DNA of 64,000 nt from contig CAYRCL010000002.1 in NCBI GenBank assembly GCA_964422795.1, positions 50,234 to 114,233 on the forward strand. Reading direction: 5' to 3'. Positions 8,917 through 18,389 of the stretch are shown here, piece by piece. The position numbers and the translations under genes are program-made. The stretch's first letter is position 1, and every line of letters starts with the position of its first letter. The notes under the pieces are model-generated. The model did not search any database and had not been told where the DNA came from. It saw nothing but the letters and a program-made list of their open reading frames with translations. Source of the DNA: an uncultured Chloroflexota bacterium (GTDB taxonomy: Bacteria; Chloroflexota; UBA11872).

Positions 8917-10755
8917 TCAGCGGACTCCGCGGAAGCGGTAGAAGGTGAACCATTCGACAAGTAAGAGACCAAGCGCGACGCTGGCGAATAGGGGCCACGC
9001 TTCACGCGTTCGGTCTACAGGGCCAAGAATGGAGACCACAGGCCCATGGGGTGGTGGATCCGGGTTTGGGGTAACGACTGGTGCTGCGAACGACGCACGA
9101 AAATCGATCATAGTCTCGGCGATTAGCGTCTCCCCATTGAATTGCTGAATGATGTAGCTACCTTGGGAATCGACATCGAGAACTGGCGACTTTGAAGCAT
9201 TGAACTCGTGTGTTACGCCACTAGGTTCTGTGATGGCTATGCGGTTGGCGTTTGGATGGGGGACGAGTTGTGCTGGACGGTTGAGGTCAACGGTAACGCC
9301 GTCAGGAAGTGGGTTGGATGGGTTAGCCCAGCGTGCGATGTTGGTCCAGAGAATTGGATACCAGGGTGCTTGGCTGACATGTGTACTGACGACATCAAAT
9401 CCGATCACGATTGTGCGACGTCCATTTACAATCCCATGGGCGACGACACTGCGCTTTTCGGTGCCCGCATCCGATGTTGCCCACTTTGGTGTGGTGTACG
9501 CGAGGTTGGTGCCCGAGAGAACATCGAGGACGTCGATGGATCTAAACAGCGGGCTTTCGGGATTTACGTAGGACGTCGTCATTTGTTTGATGGGTTTATC
9601 AATATTGAACTCCGGGATTGGCGGAGGCTGGACGAACAGTACTGACGCCGTAGGCAGTGACTGTGGTACGAACCCCTGGAACACGTAGAGATCTCCATCT
9701 CCCTGATGTTCATTGAAGGCTTGAATTCCGATTCCAACAGCACTGATGGAATTCGTTGCTTGGAGTGCTCGAACGATTGGTTCGTGATTTTCACCAACGA
9801 CGATCACATTGATTGCGGGCGAGTCATCAAGTCTTGCAATCGCGATGTTGTCCGCGACAAGGCTGTCGTCAGGTACAGACAGCGAAGCTTGATATCGACT
9901 CGCCGACGGGAGATCGTCGAACACAAGAATTTCACGTTCACCTGGGCCAATTGTGACGCTATGAAAGGGCGATATAGAGCTATACGTATCCAAGGTAACG
10001 TTCGCCGTAGTGGTATAGGGCCCATCGTTGCGTATGACAACAAGGCCTTGGACGATGGACGGGTCATTCAATTCCCGACGGACGTTAAACGTTTCGAGTA
10101 CAACGTTCTTTGCGCTAGTGCCGATGAGAATTGTGCGAACTGGTGCATAACGGGGATTGTCCTGGTCGGCGAATCCGCTATCGGTGAAGAACGCAACGGT
10201 GCCGCCGAATGATGGGTCAGCTAGAGAAAGCGCGACGTCAAGCGCTGTGACGATTTGTCCATCTGAGATTTCGAGCTTGATTGAATCAAGGGCCTGTTGA
10301 ATTTTCGGCCGATCGATCTCTTGCGCGACGAGTGCTTGGGGGATGGCGCCAGCACTGATTACAGAGACACGCTGCTCTGAATCCAGGGATCGAACAAAGT
10401 CACGGGCTTTGTCTAGAGCGAGATCGAGTCGTGACCTGCCATCTTTGGTGGTTCCCATCGATGCTGAGATGTCGATCACGAGTGCGACGGGAGGCGGCAG
10501 CGCAACGTTATCGCGGTTCTCTGGACGGGCTAGCGCGAGCGTGAGTACGACGACAATAGCGAGCTGCAGCAGAAGCAAAAGGTATCGCCGTAGCCAAGCC
10601 AGCCAAGTATCAGAGGTGCGACGATGAACTGTGGTTCGCCATACCAGTATGGAGGCTACGACAATGCGCTGTCTGGTGGGTCGCAACAAGAAAAACGAGA
10701 TGATCAACAGCATCAGGGCGAGCCAGCCGAGTGCGGCTGGTGCGGCCCACGTCAT
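8917..10755 (-). CDS. BatA-like N-terminal TM + vWA domain protein
   Basis: 612 aa. Hydrophobic N-terminus (BatA N-terminal type) then a vWA MIDAS motif (LVIDISASMG). Its start overlaps the DUF58 gene's stop. Confidence 0.6.
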   Translation of the reverse strand: MTWAAPAALGWLALMLLIISFFLLRPTRQRIVVASILVWRTTVHRRTSDTWLAWLRRYLLLLLQLAIVVVLTLALARPENRDNVALPPPVALVIDISASMGTTKDGRSRLDLALDKARDFVRSLDSEQRVSVISAGAIPQALVAQEIDRPKIQQALDSIKLEISDGQIVTALDVALSLADPSFGGTVAFFTDSGFADQDNPRYAPVRTILIGTSAKNVVLETFNVRRELNDPSIVQGLVVIRNDGPYTTTANVTLDTYSSISPFHSVTIGPGEREILVFDDLPSASRYQASLSVPDDSLVADNIAIARLDDSPAINVIVVGENHEPIVRALQATNSISAVGIGIQAFNEHQGDGDLYVFQGFVPQSLPTASVLFVQPPPIPEFNIDKPIKQMTTSYVNPESPLFRSIDVLDVLSGTNLAYTTPKWATSDAGTEKRSVVAHGIVNGRRTIVIGFDVVSTHVSQAPWYPILWTNIARWANPSNPLPDGVTVDLNRPAQLVPHPNANRIAITEPSGVTHEFNASKSPVLDVDSQGSYIIQQFNGETLIAETMIDFRASFAAPVVTPNPDPPPHGPVVSILGPVDRTREAWPLFASVALGLLLVEWFTFYRFRGVR

Positions 10756-11657
10756 GCCAGAACCCCGTGTGACAGTAGATGGCCTAGTACGATTTCTTCG
10801 ACGGACCAGTCGGACTTGATCGGAACGTAGCGAACATTACGTCGGTGGCAAAATTGTTGAAGACTACTGGACCATTCGGCGACTTCTGCTCGATATGTCC
10901 GGAGTAGCTCTTCGTCTCCAAAGAGTTCGAGTGTTCCACCGTCTTCTGCGTCAACCAACTCGATCTCATCGGAGAAATTGGGGTTCACGAACTCTTCGTC
11001 GAGTACATGAATGACCGTGAGTTCCTCGCCATGCTGGGCAAGCGTTCCGATGGCGCGCGGAGCGTCGTGTCCAAGTAGATCGGAAACGAGAACGGCAACG
11101 CCATGCGGAGCTTGCCGTGCCACATAGGCTTGTGCACTGCGAGCAAGAAACGTCTCGCCCGAGGGTTGAAGGCCATTTAGGAAATCAAAGAATCGGTGGA
11201 TGTGTAACTTGCCGTGTCGTGGCGGGAAGATATTCCCTAGATCGGACCCTAGGGATCCTGCTGCAAGAACATCCATACCGGTAAGTGCGGTCCACCCGAG
11301 CGCGGCAAGTACACGGCGTCCAATTTCGAATTTTGACAGTGGGCCCGACGCCATGGACCCGCTTGCGTCTAACAGAAGGTGAACAACAAGCGTTTCCTCG
11401 GATTCGCGGACCTTGACGAAGAGATCGTCGGTACGTGCATATACATTCCAGTCGATCTGCCGATAATCGTCACCGGGGCTATACCTGCGGTGGTCGGCGA
11501 ATTCGATTGACGATCCAGCTGCCCGGCTTCGGCGATCGCCTGTGTGTAGATGGCCGTGAGGCCTGCGCGAGACGAAGGTCAGTTGCGCAAGTTTGGCTCG
11601 GAGAGCGGCCTCCGGTATGAACGCCGGGGATCCTTCACGTTCAGTCGTGCTCGTCAC
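10752..11657 (-). CDS. DUF58-family protein (MoxR-associated vWA-like)
   Basis: 301 aa. Characteristic DUF58 core (RRYSPGDDYRQIDWNVYARTDDLFVKVRE...LLLDASGSM). Overlaps the moxR stop. Confidence 0.7.
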   Translation of the reverse strand: MTSTTEREGSPAFIPEAALRAKLAQLTFVSRRPHGHLHTGDRRSRAAGSSIEFADHRRYSPGDDYRQIDWNVYARTDDLFVKVRESEETLVVHLLLDASGSMASGPLSKFEIGRRVLAALGWTALTGMDVLAAGSLGSDLGNIFPPRHGKLHIHRFFDFLNGLQPSGETFLARSAQAYVARQAPHGVAVLVSDLLGHDAPRAIGTLAQHGEELTVIHVLDEEFVNPNFSDEIELVDAEDGGTLELFGDEELLRTYRAEVAEWSSSLQQFCHRRNVRYVPIKSDWSVEEIVLGHLLSHGVLA

Positions 11658-12747
11658 CTGCCCTGCGAGTGGTCATGAGGATCTTGTCGAGTATCTGTTC
11701 GGTGGTGACGCCGTCCGCTTCTGCCTCAAAGTTAAGCAATAGTCGATGGCGCATCGATGGAATAGCAGATGCGCGGACATCCTCAAACCCGACGTTATAG
11801 CGACCGTCGAGCAAGGCATAAATCTTAGCTGCCAGAACCATTGATTGGGCCGCTCGTGGTGAGCAGCCGTACTGTACGTAGCGGTGGCTTATTTCAGGCG
11901 CGGACGGATCCTGGGGATCCGTCGCCTTGACGAGGTCGACAACGTAGCGTGCGACATGCGGGGCGATGGTGATGCGTCGAGCGAATGCACCCATCGCAAG
12001 TAGATCGTCGCCCGTGGCGATGGGAGAAATCTCCGGTTCGATAGAACCGGTAGTCCGATGGATGATTTCTGAGAGTTCCTCGGCCGAGGGATAAGTTACG
12101 ACCAGTTTGAACATGAAGCGGTCGATCTGCGCCTCGGGTAATGGGTATGTACCCTCCATCTCGATCTGATTCTGAGTGGCCATCACGAAGAATGGTTGTT
12201 CCAAGGCATAGGCCTCGCGTGCCACTGTGACTTGATGCTCTTCCATCGCTTCGAGAAGAGCGGACTGGGTTTTGGGTGTAGCACGATTGATTTCATCGGC
12301 CAACACAAGATTGGCGAAGATGGGGCCGCGCTCGAACCTGAAGGTACGCTGGTTGTTTGCGCCGTCAATTACGACATTAGTGCCGGTTATATCTGCCGGC
12401 ATTAGATCCGGCGTGAATTGGATGCGGCTAAAGTGGAGATCGAGAGTCTTGCTTAGGGTGCGCACCAGCTCGGTTTTACCAAGTCCGGGAACACCTTCAA
12501 TTAAGACGTTGCGGCCCGCAATCAGGCAAACGACAGTGTCTCGAATGATTGTCTTCTGACCGACTATGAAGTTCCCAACCTCGTCAATGATGGCATTGGC
12601 GAGCGAGCGAAAGTTTTGGGCCTCTTGCTCCGTTGGGTCGACAGATGACACGTGATCCTCAGTGTCCGGTGAAGTAACGGTCAAGAATTGGTAGGAGATC
12701 AAGGGGTGTGTTGCGATCCACGTCCGGGCGTCCGACGGCTTGACCAC
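11641..12747 (-). CDS. MoxR-family AAA+ ATPase (true start probably near 12660, after the upstream gene's stop)
   Basis: Walker A (GVPGLGKT) and Walker B (LADEINRA) motifs plus a MoxR C-terminal region. The longest ORF overlaps the upstream gene by about 90 nt, so a downstream internal start is likely. Confidence 0.85.
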   Translation of the reverse strand: MVKPSDARTWIATHPLISYQFLTVTSPDTEDHVSSVDPTEQEAQNFRSLANAIIDEVGNFIVGQKTIIRDTVVCLIAGRNVLIEGVPGLGKTELVRTLSKTLDLHFSRIQFTPDLMPADITGTNVVIDGANNQRTFRFERGPIFANLVLADEINRATPKTQSALLEAMEEHQVTVAREAYALEQPFFVMATQNQIEMEGTYPLPEAQIDRFMFKLVVTYPSAEELSEIIHRTTGSIEPEISPIATGDDLLAMGAFARRITIAPHVARYVVDLVKATDPQDPSAPEISHRYVQYGCSPRAAQSMVLAAKIYALLDGRYNVGFEDVRASAIPSMRHRLLLNFEAEADGVTTEQILDKILMTTRRAGDEHD

Positions 12748-14176
12748 GATTACCGGCGATGGTCGTGTTCCATTCAGGTGCGGGCGGCCCTATTTCTAAC
12801 ACGGGTCGTTCCACTAGTTCGGCGGCCTCAGATGTGGGCGCTATGTCAATGACTTCAAGCTTACCTTCGGTGTTGAGACGCTGTCCCTCCGGCAACGTCT
12901 CGAGGGTGCCGCGTAACGCACGGCCTTGGGCTGACGAGTCACTGCCGCCTGCAGCCGGAGCAGCAGTGGAGTCATCAGGATCCGAGGACGAGACAGGTAT
13001 CGTTACCGGTCCGATTGATGCGTTCGGAAGGTTTTCAGCGCGAGGCGCGTCTAGGTCAAGCGATTCTTGGAGGGAAGCTAGCTGCTGCGTTAGATGTTCG
13101 ATTTGTTCTTCGATTTCACGGTCCATTTTGGTCATCGTACCCAAAGACTCGGTCACATTGGCCACTCGGCCGAGCGCAGCACGCGCGTCTACAAGGTGGC
13201 TATCTTCTAGGTTCCGAGCGGTGGCTCGCAGGTTTTTCTCCAAGGCGGAATTCGTGTTGGTTGATTGGTTTGTAGCACTGCGAAAGCTTGTGGCGAGACG
13301 ATCAAGCTGGGCCGAGTTCATCGTGGCCAGTTGGTTCATAAGTTCTCTAATTTCTGCTGTTGCCAAATCGAAGTCTTGGTTGTTTAGTGCTCGACTGAGT
13401 TGTCGACTCTCAGGACTTTGACGTAGTGCGGCGGCTGCTTCTCGAGACACGGCTAGATTTGTGAGTGTTTCAGGATCTCGATTGCGCTCAAGCTCGTTGA
13501 TTGCGGCTTGCAGTTGCTCCATTCGCGATTGAATGGCTGGGTCATCAACGGATAAAGCAGGGACGGTTACGTTGCCGAACTGCTGGGTTCGCGTCACATC
13601 TGTGAAATTGGTAGGGGGAGCGCTATACAGCGTGACAACGGGAGATGTGATAAACCAGGCGATCAGTGCTGTTGTGCTCCCCACGAGGAGGAGGAGATCG
13701 ACACGGCTCAGTGTGTACGGAAAAGCACGTGCTGCGTCGATGGTTTCAATCGTTCTTACGGCATCCTTCCGCTGAAGGGCTTGTATGGCCGAATCTGCTC
13801 TTAGCTCGTCGGCCACGCTTGTCGAAAGACGCTCATGTAGGCCGAGTTGCCGATCATATGCGAGAGCCGTTGTTGGTGGCGGTGGAATCACGAAAGCTCG
13901 ACCAATTAACGTCACCGCCGAAGCACCTACGACTGCTGCACCAATCATTGTGGCTATTTGCGTTCCTATCAACGAGGAGATGACTAAGCCTGCGATTATC
14001 GTCGCAACAAATATGATGGCGATCTCGCGTGGTGCTTTGTTTAGGGTCTGCTTGCGCTGTAAGCGCCGAGCAAGCTGGGCTAAGCGCTGTTCAAACACAT
14101 TTGGGGCATATGCGGAAGTGAAGAATGTGGGCCACCATCGACGTCCGTTAAATCGGCCATTTGTATTGGTATGCAA
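12659..14176 (-). CDS. Hypothetical membrane protein with long coiled-coil region, first gene of MoxR operon
   Basis: 505 aa. 2-3 predicted TM helices near the N-terminus, then Gln/Leu/Glu-rich heptad-like sequence and a Pro/Ser/Asp-rich tail. No recognisable enzymatic motif. Confidence 0.4.
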   Translation of the reverse strand: MHTNTNGRFNGRRWWPTFFTSAYAPNVFEQRLAQLARRLQRKQTLNKAPREIAIIFVATIIAGLVISSLIGTQIATMIGAAVVGASAVTLIGRAFVIPPPPTTALAYDRQLGLHERLSTSVADELRADSAIQALQRKDAVRTIETIDAARAFPYTLSRVDLLLLVGSTTALIAWFITSPVVTLYSAPPTNFTDVTRTQQFGNVTVPALSVDDPAIQSRMEQLQAAINELERNRDPETLTNLAVSREAAAALRQSPESRQLSRALNNQDFDLATAEIRELMNQLATMNSAQLDRLATSFRSATNQSTNTNSALEKNLRATARNLEDSHLVDARAALGRVANVTESLGTMTKMDREIEEQIEHLTQQLASLQESLDLDAPRAENLPNASIGPVTIPVSSSDPDDSTAAPAAGGSDSSAQGRALRGTLETLPEGQRLNTEGKLEVIDIAPTSEAAELVERPVLEIGPPAPEWNTTIAGNRGQAVGRPDVDRNTPLDLLPILDRYFTGH

Positions 14177-14312
14177 GCGGTAAGGTTTCGCTTTCGGCCG
14201 AACTAATCAGCGGATCGAAAGATTGTTGGTTGGAACGGGCGTCGTTTAGTTGACGTGAATAGCACGTAACACTTGATTTCAAGTCTATTGACAAGTAACC
14301 AGGCTGATGACA

Positions 14313-16064
14313 TCACGACGAGGAATGGCTGTCCTTCCACCCATTTGCTGCTGAGACGAGATCGCGAGCGACGCGTTGACCGGCGGTGGTGGAGGCACCG
14401 CTCATTGCCGCTAGTTCTTCGATCGCTTGTCGACCCTTTACTGGGCCAACACGCACGAGTGATGTGTCCCCAACACTCGATTTAGCAACAACGAAGTGTG
14501 TATCGGCGAAGGCTGCGACAGGTGCGAGATGGGTGACGCATAGCACTTGGTGTGCAGAGGATAGGGCCGATAGCTTTTGACCAACGAGGCTGCCGGTCCG
14601 CGATCCTACTCCCACATCGATCTCGTCAAAGATTAGAGTTGGTGTTTCATCGACCTTGGCTAGAACAACTTTCAGCGCGAGCAGTACGCGTGAGCGCTCG
14701 CCTTCGGAAGCGATTTCAGCAAGTGGTCGGAGTGGCTGGCCGATGTTGGGGCTGATCAGGAATTCGGCAACATCGATTCCAGACTCATCAAAAGCGATGG
14801 GTTCAGATTCGCTATCGATGTGCAGGCCATCAGGGTGTGATCGGTGCTCGAAATGGATTTCAAACCCAGCGGATAGCAGGTTGAGATCGTCTAGTTGGGC
14901 CGCAACAGCACCGGCCATAGTGTGAGCGGCGCGTCGACGCTCTGCTGACAAGCCGCGAGCAGCGTGGACGAGGTCAGAGGTGAGTTTAGCCTGAAGGTCT
15001 TGCAACGCCTTCAGGCGGGTGTCGCTGTTTGTAAAGGTCTCAAGCTGCATCTCTGCAGCCTTGCCGTGTGCGATGACTGCTTCGACGGTGCCTTCTGTTG
15101 TGTTGCCGCCAAATGCTGCGTACTTTCGTACGAGGCCTTCGATGAGGTTTAGACGTTCTTCGACTTGCTGGAGACGGTCAGGATCAGCCTCTACGTTCTC
15201 GGCATAACTTTGTAACGTCAGCGCAAGATCATTAGCGAGTTCCTTTAATTCGTCGGCCTGTTGTGCGAACGGCTGCAAAGCCGAATCGAGGTCAGCAAGC
15301 TTGCCTAGAGCTTGTTGGGTTTCTCCAAAGATGTCTGCGACGACATCAGGAGATTCACCGTGTAGTCGGGCTACAGTTCGGGTGGCGAGGCTTTGGATCA
15401 ACTCAGCGTTCATGAGGATGCGCTGTTCAGCGCGTAGTTCATGGTCTTCGCCCGGTCGCAGGTCTGCAGCAGCAATCTCTTCGACTTGGAAAGTCAACAA
15501 GCCAGCCTCACGTTGGACCGACTGTGTATCGTGCTGTAGTTCGTCAAGTCGGCGCCGCGCGGTGAGGAGTTCGCGTGTTAGGACGGAAACCGCCTTGCGT
15601 TGTGGCAATAGCCCAGCGAATTTATCGAGGTATTCGAGCTGGCGAGATCGGTGAAATAGTGATTGGTGGTCGCTCTGACCGTGGACATCAACGAGTACCC
15701 GACCAAGATGTGCCAAAGTTCGCACAGAAACGCCGCGACCGTTGACACGTGCGACCGAGCGTCCTGAACTGAGAATTTCACGCGACAAAACTATCGAATC
15801 CTCGGCGTCGATATCGTATTCCTCGAGCAACGTGTTTTCTCTTCCAACAACGGGAGGGTCAAGCACAGCTTCGACGTACGCACTCTTGGCGTTCGGACGA
15901 ACATCTGCCGGATTAGCCCGTTGGCCAAGAACGAGGCCTAAGGCATCGAACAGGATTGACTTACCGGCTCCGGTTTCGCCGGTGAGAACGGTTAGACCTG
16001 GTCCCAGATCAAGTTCCAGCGCATCGATAAGAGCAAAGTCTCGAATCTGAAGGTGGATTAACAC
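14313..16064 (-). CDS. recN: DNA repair protein RecN
   Basis: 583 aa. SMC-like N-terminal Walker A (LTGETGAGKS), long coiled coil, C-terminal ABC signature and D-loop (LIFDEIDVGVG). Sits in the conserved tlyA-nadK-recN arrangement. Confidence 0.85.
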   Translation of the reverse strand: MLIHLQIRDFALIDALELDLGPGLTVLTGETGAGKSILFDALGLVLGQRANPADVRPNAKSAYVEAVLDPPVVGRENTLLEEYDIDAEDSIVLSREILSSGRSVARVNGRGVSVRTLAHLGRVLVDVHGQSDHQSLFHRSRQLEYLDKFAGLLPQRKAVSVLTRELLTARRRLDELQHDTQSVQREAGLLTFQVEEIAAADLRPGEDHELRAEQRILMNAELIQSLATRTVARLHGESPDVVADIFGETQQALGKLADLDSALQPFAQQADELKELANDLALTLQSYAENVEADPDRLQQVEERLNLIEGLVRKYAAFGGNTTEGTVEAVIAHGKAAEMQLETFTNSDTRLKALQDLQAKLTSDLVHAARGLSAERRRAAHTMAGAVAAQLDDLNLLSAGFEIHFEHRSHPDGLHIDSESEPIAFDESGIDVAEFLISPNIGQPLRPLAEIASEGERSRVLLALKVVLAKVDETPTLIFDEIDVGVGSRTGSLVGQKLSALSSAHQVLCVTHLAPVAAFADTHFVVAKSSVGDTSLVRVGPVKGRQAIEELAAMSGASTTAGQRVARDLVSAANGWKDSHSSS

Positions 16065-16070
16065 CGTGGT

Positions 16071-16934
16071 CTACTTCGGGTGGCTGATCGGACGTGGCAT
16101 CGTTCTGGGAACGCGCCAATGTAGTTTTTCTGCCAGTGTGGCGTAGAAGTAGTCGCGTTCCCGCAGTCGGATAAATCGAGCTAGATGTTCGGACGCCTTG
16201 CACGAAATCCTATCTCCAGACGACACAAGATGGTCAGTTTGGCCGTCGATGGAAAGCGTGGCCTCGTGGGTGGTGTATGCAAGCAATTCGACCTCGACAT
16301 CGTTTCCAACGACGAGGGCGTTGCCCGGCGTTAGGAACGGAACAATTGGATTAATGACGAGGTCGCGTACTTCGGGATGAAGGACGGGACCATTTGCGGC
16401 TTGAACGTACCCGGTTGTTCCGGTTGGTGTGGCAACGATTACACCGTCCGCGGTGTAGGTGGTTAGGAGAACACCATTTATGCGTACCTCAATTTCGACT
16501 ACGCGTGCGATCCGTCCGCGACCGATGACCAAATCGCCGGCTGCGAGACCCGATGCTCGGTTCTCGCCTTCGGTGTGGTGTGTCCACGCAAGCAGCGTGC
16601 GTTCCTCGATCCATGAATTGCCGTTAAGTACATGGTCAAGCTGTGCATCGAATTCGTCCGGAGCGAATTCGGTGAGGAAACCGAGACGGCCATAATTCAC
16701 ACCCAGACAAGCGGCGCCGTACGGTGCGGCGGCTCTGGCTGCGCGAAGCAGAGTCCCGTCGCCGCCAAACGTAATGACAAAGTCTGAAGTTGCTAGCTTT
16801 GATGGGTGCTCGGTTATGGTCCACGACGAGTCACACCAAGCGTCTAGCCCACGTTGCTCTAGCGTCTTGTGCACGCGATGTGCGTGACTGACAGAGGCGT
16901 CAATATGCGGCTGAAATAAGAGCCCAACACGCAT
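16071..16934 (-). CDS. nadK: NAD(+) kinase
   Basis: 287 aa. GGDGTLL motif and NGxG-like core of PpnK/NadK. Confidence 0.85.
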   Translation of the reverse strand: MRVGLLFQPHIDASVSHAHRVHKTLEQRGLDAWCDSSWTITEHPSKLATSDFVITFGGDGTLLRAARAAAPYGAACLGVNYGRLGFLTEFAPDEFDAQLDHVLNGNSWIEERTLLAWTHHTEGENRASGLAAGDLVIGRGRIARVVEIEVRINGVLLTTYTADGVIVATPTGTTGYVQAANGPVLHPEVRDLVINPIVPFLTPGNALVVGNDVEVELLAYTTHEATLSIDGQTDHLVSSGDRISCKASEHLARFIRLRERDYFYATLAEKLHWRVPRTMPRPISHPK

Positions 16935-16960
16935 TGGTTACCCGCCTCTCGAAGATTGTG

Positions 16961-17743
16961 CTAATCATAGTTGTTGTGACGACTGTTTTGGTTCGGTCCG
17001 TGGAGGTGAACAAGTGCAAAGACCTCCTGATTCCCATTCCGACCGGTAATGGTGCTGCTTACGGTTCCAAGAACTGCTAGACCTGCTCTGTATGACCATT
17101 CCAGGAAATCCGTTAAAGCCCGATTTTGAGCGTCGGGATCCTTAACGACACCATCACGTGGCACTTCATGGCCCGGAAGTTCGAATTGCGGCTTTAGGAG
17201 CACGAGCGCCCAGTGTGCTGTTGGGACCGAAACTACGATTGCTGGGAGCACGTCGCGCAGGCGGATGAAGGAAAGGTCAACCACGACAACCTCGGGTATT
17301 GGGTCCAAGGTCGGTAGACAACGCGCGTCCGTGGACTCGAGCGATTGAACGCGTTGATCTTCACGTAGATTAGAGCTGAGTTGGTTACGACCGACATCGA
17401 CGGCGATAACGTGCTTAGCTCCACGTTGAAGCAAACAATCTGTGAATCCGCCCGTTGACGCGCCGACATCGAGTGCGATTGACCCTGTGATGTCCAGTCC
17501 GAAGTGTGCGAGAGCTGCAGCGAGCTTTCGACCACCACGGCTTACGTATAGTTGTTTCGGGCAGCGCAGGCCTATTGTTGTGCCGCTGCAAAGGCGACGT
17601 GCCGGTCGGGTCTCGACCTGTCCGGACACCAGGACCTCTCCGTCCTTAATGAGTTGGCGGGCAGTGCTACGGGTGCGTACAAGTCCTTGCTGGACAATCA
17701 AATGGTCAAGCCGTGAGCGGTCAGGCCTCGACGCCGTGCCCAT
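16961..17743 (-). CDS. tlyA: TlyA-family rRNA 2'-O-methyltransferase (S4 domain + FtsJ-like MTase)
   Basis: 260 aa. N-terminal S4 RNA-binding domain (RLDHLIVQQGLVRTRSTARQLI), then SAM MTase motif (ALDVGASTGGFTD). Confidence 0.8.
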   Translation of the reverse strand: MGTASRPDRSRLDHLIVQQGLVRTRSTARQLIKDGEVLVSGQVETRPARRLCSGTTIGLRCPKQLYVSRGGRKLAAALAHFGLDITGSIALDVGASTGGFTDCLLQRGAKHVIAVDVGRNQLSSNLREDQRVQSLESTDARCLPTLDPIPEVVVVDLSFIRLRDVLPAIVVSVPTAHWALVLLKPQFELPGHEVPRDGVVKDPDAQNRALTDFLEWSYRAGLAVLGTVSSTITGRNGNQEVFALVHLHGPNQNSRHNNYD

Positions 17744-17744
17744 A

Positions 17745-18359
17745 TCAGTCCGTTAGCGTGCCTTTCGTGCTTGGAATTTCTCCAGCGCGTCTCACGTCGA
17801 GAGCGGTTGCTTTATCAAGTGCGCAGGCTATGGCCTTGAATATTGCTTCGGCTTTGTGGTGGTCATCATCGCCTGCCAGCAATCGGACGTGGATTGCAGC
17901 GCCCATGTGTCGTGCCATCGTCGCGACGATGTGTGGGATGAGGCTAGTTTCCAGGTCACCGATACGGTCTTGTCGGAACTTGCCGTCGAATGCCGCAAAG
18001 TCACGTCCGGATAAGTCCACAGCGACTTGAGCTAGTGCTTCGTCCATGGGCACAGTCGCGTCTCCCATGCGCCGGATGCCCTGACGATCGCCTAGGGCAT
18101 CGTTGAATGCGCGACCGATAACGATCCCGACATCTTCAGCCGTGTGGTGGGAATCGATGTGCAAGTCGCCAGTGGCTTTAACTTGAATGTCAAACAGGCC
18201 GTGACGGGCGAGTTGAGCGAGCATGTGGTCGAGGAACCCGAGGCCGGTTGATCCGGTAAAGACACCGGTGCCGTCAATTGCTACGTGAGCGTGGACTTCA
18301 GTTTCCGCGGTGGTTCGTGTAATGGATGCGTTACGGTCAGACATTGTGTATGAGGGCAA
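17745..18359 (-). CDS. hisB: Imidazoleglycerol-phosphate dehydratase
   Basis: 204 aa with the diagnostic HisB motifs (TAETEV, GFLDHML, DSHHTAED). Confidence 0.85.
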   Translation of the reverse strand: MPSYTMSDRNASITRTTAETEVHAHVAIDGTGVFTGSTGLGFLDHMLAQLARHGLFDIQVKATGDLHIDSHHTAEDVGIVIGRAFNDALGDRQGIRRMGDATVPMDEALAQVAVDLSGRDFAAFDGKFRQDRIGDLETSLIPHIVATMARHMGAAIHVRLLAGDDDHHKAEAIFKAIACALDKATALDVRRAGEIPSTKGTLTD

Positions 18360-18389
18360 AAGTAGGATTACCTATTGTAGTCAGGTAGT

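Noticed and set aside
12759-13421. 220-aa plus-strand ORF, Ser/Arg-rich, lying entirely inside the minus-strand coiled-coil membrane gene.
   Set aside because: Low-complexity composition typical of antisense shadow ORFs in high-GC DNA. The opposite-strand gene has operon context and coherent protein features.
14177-14312. Looked for an SOS/LexA (Cheo-type GAAC-N4-GTTC) box that might regulate recN.
   Set aside because: recN directly follows nadK (6-nt gap) and has no promoter region of its own here. No convincing LexA palindrome in the flanking intergenic DNA.
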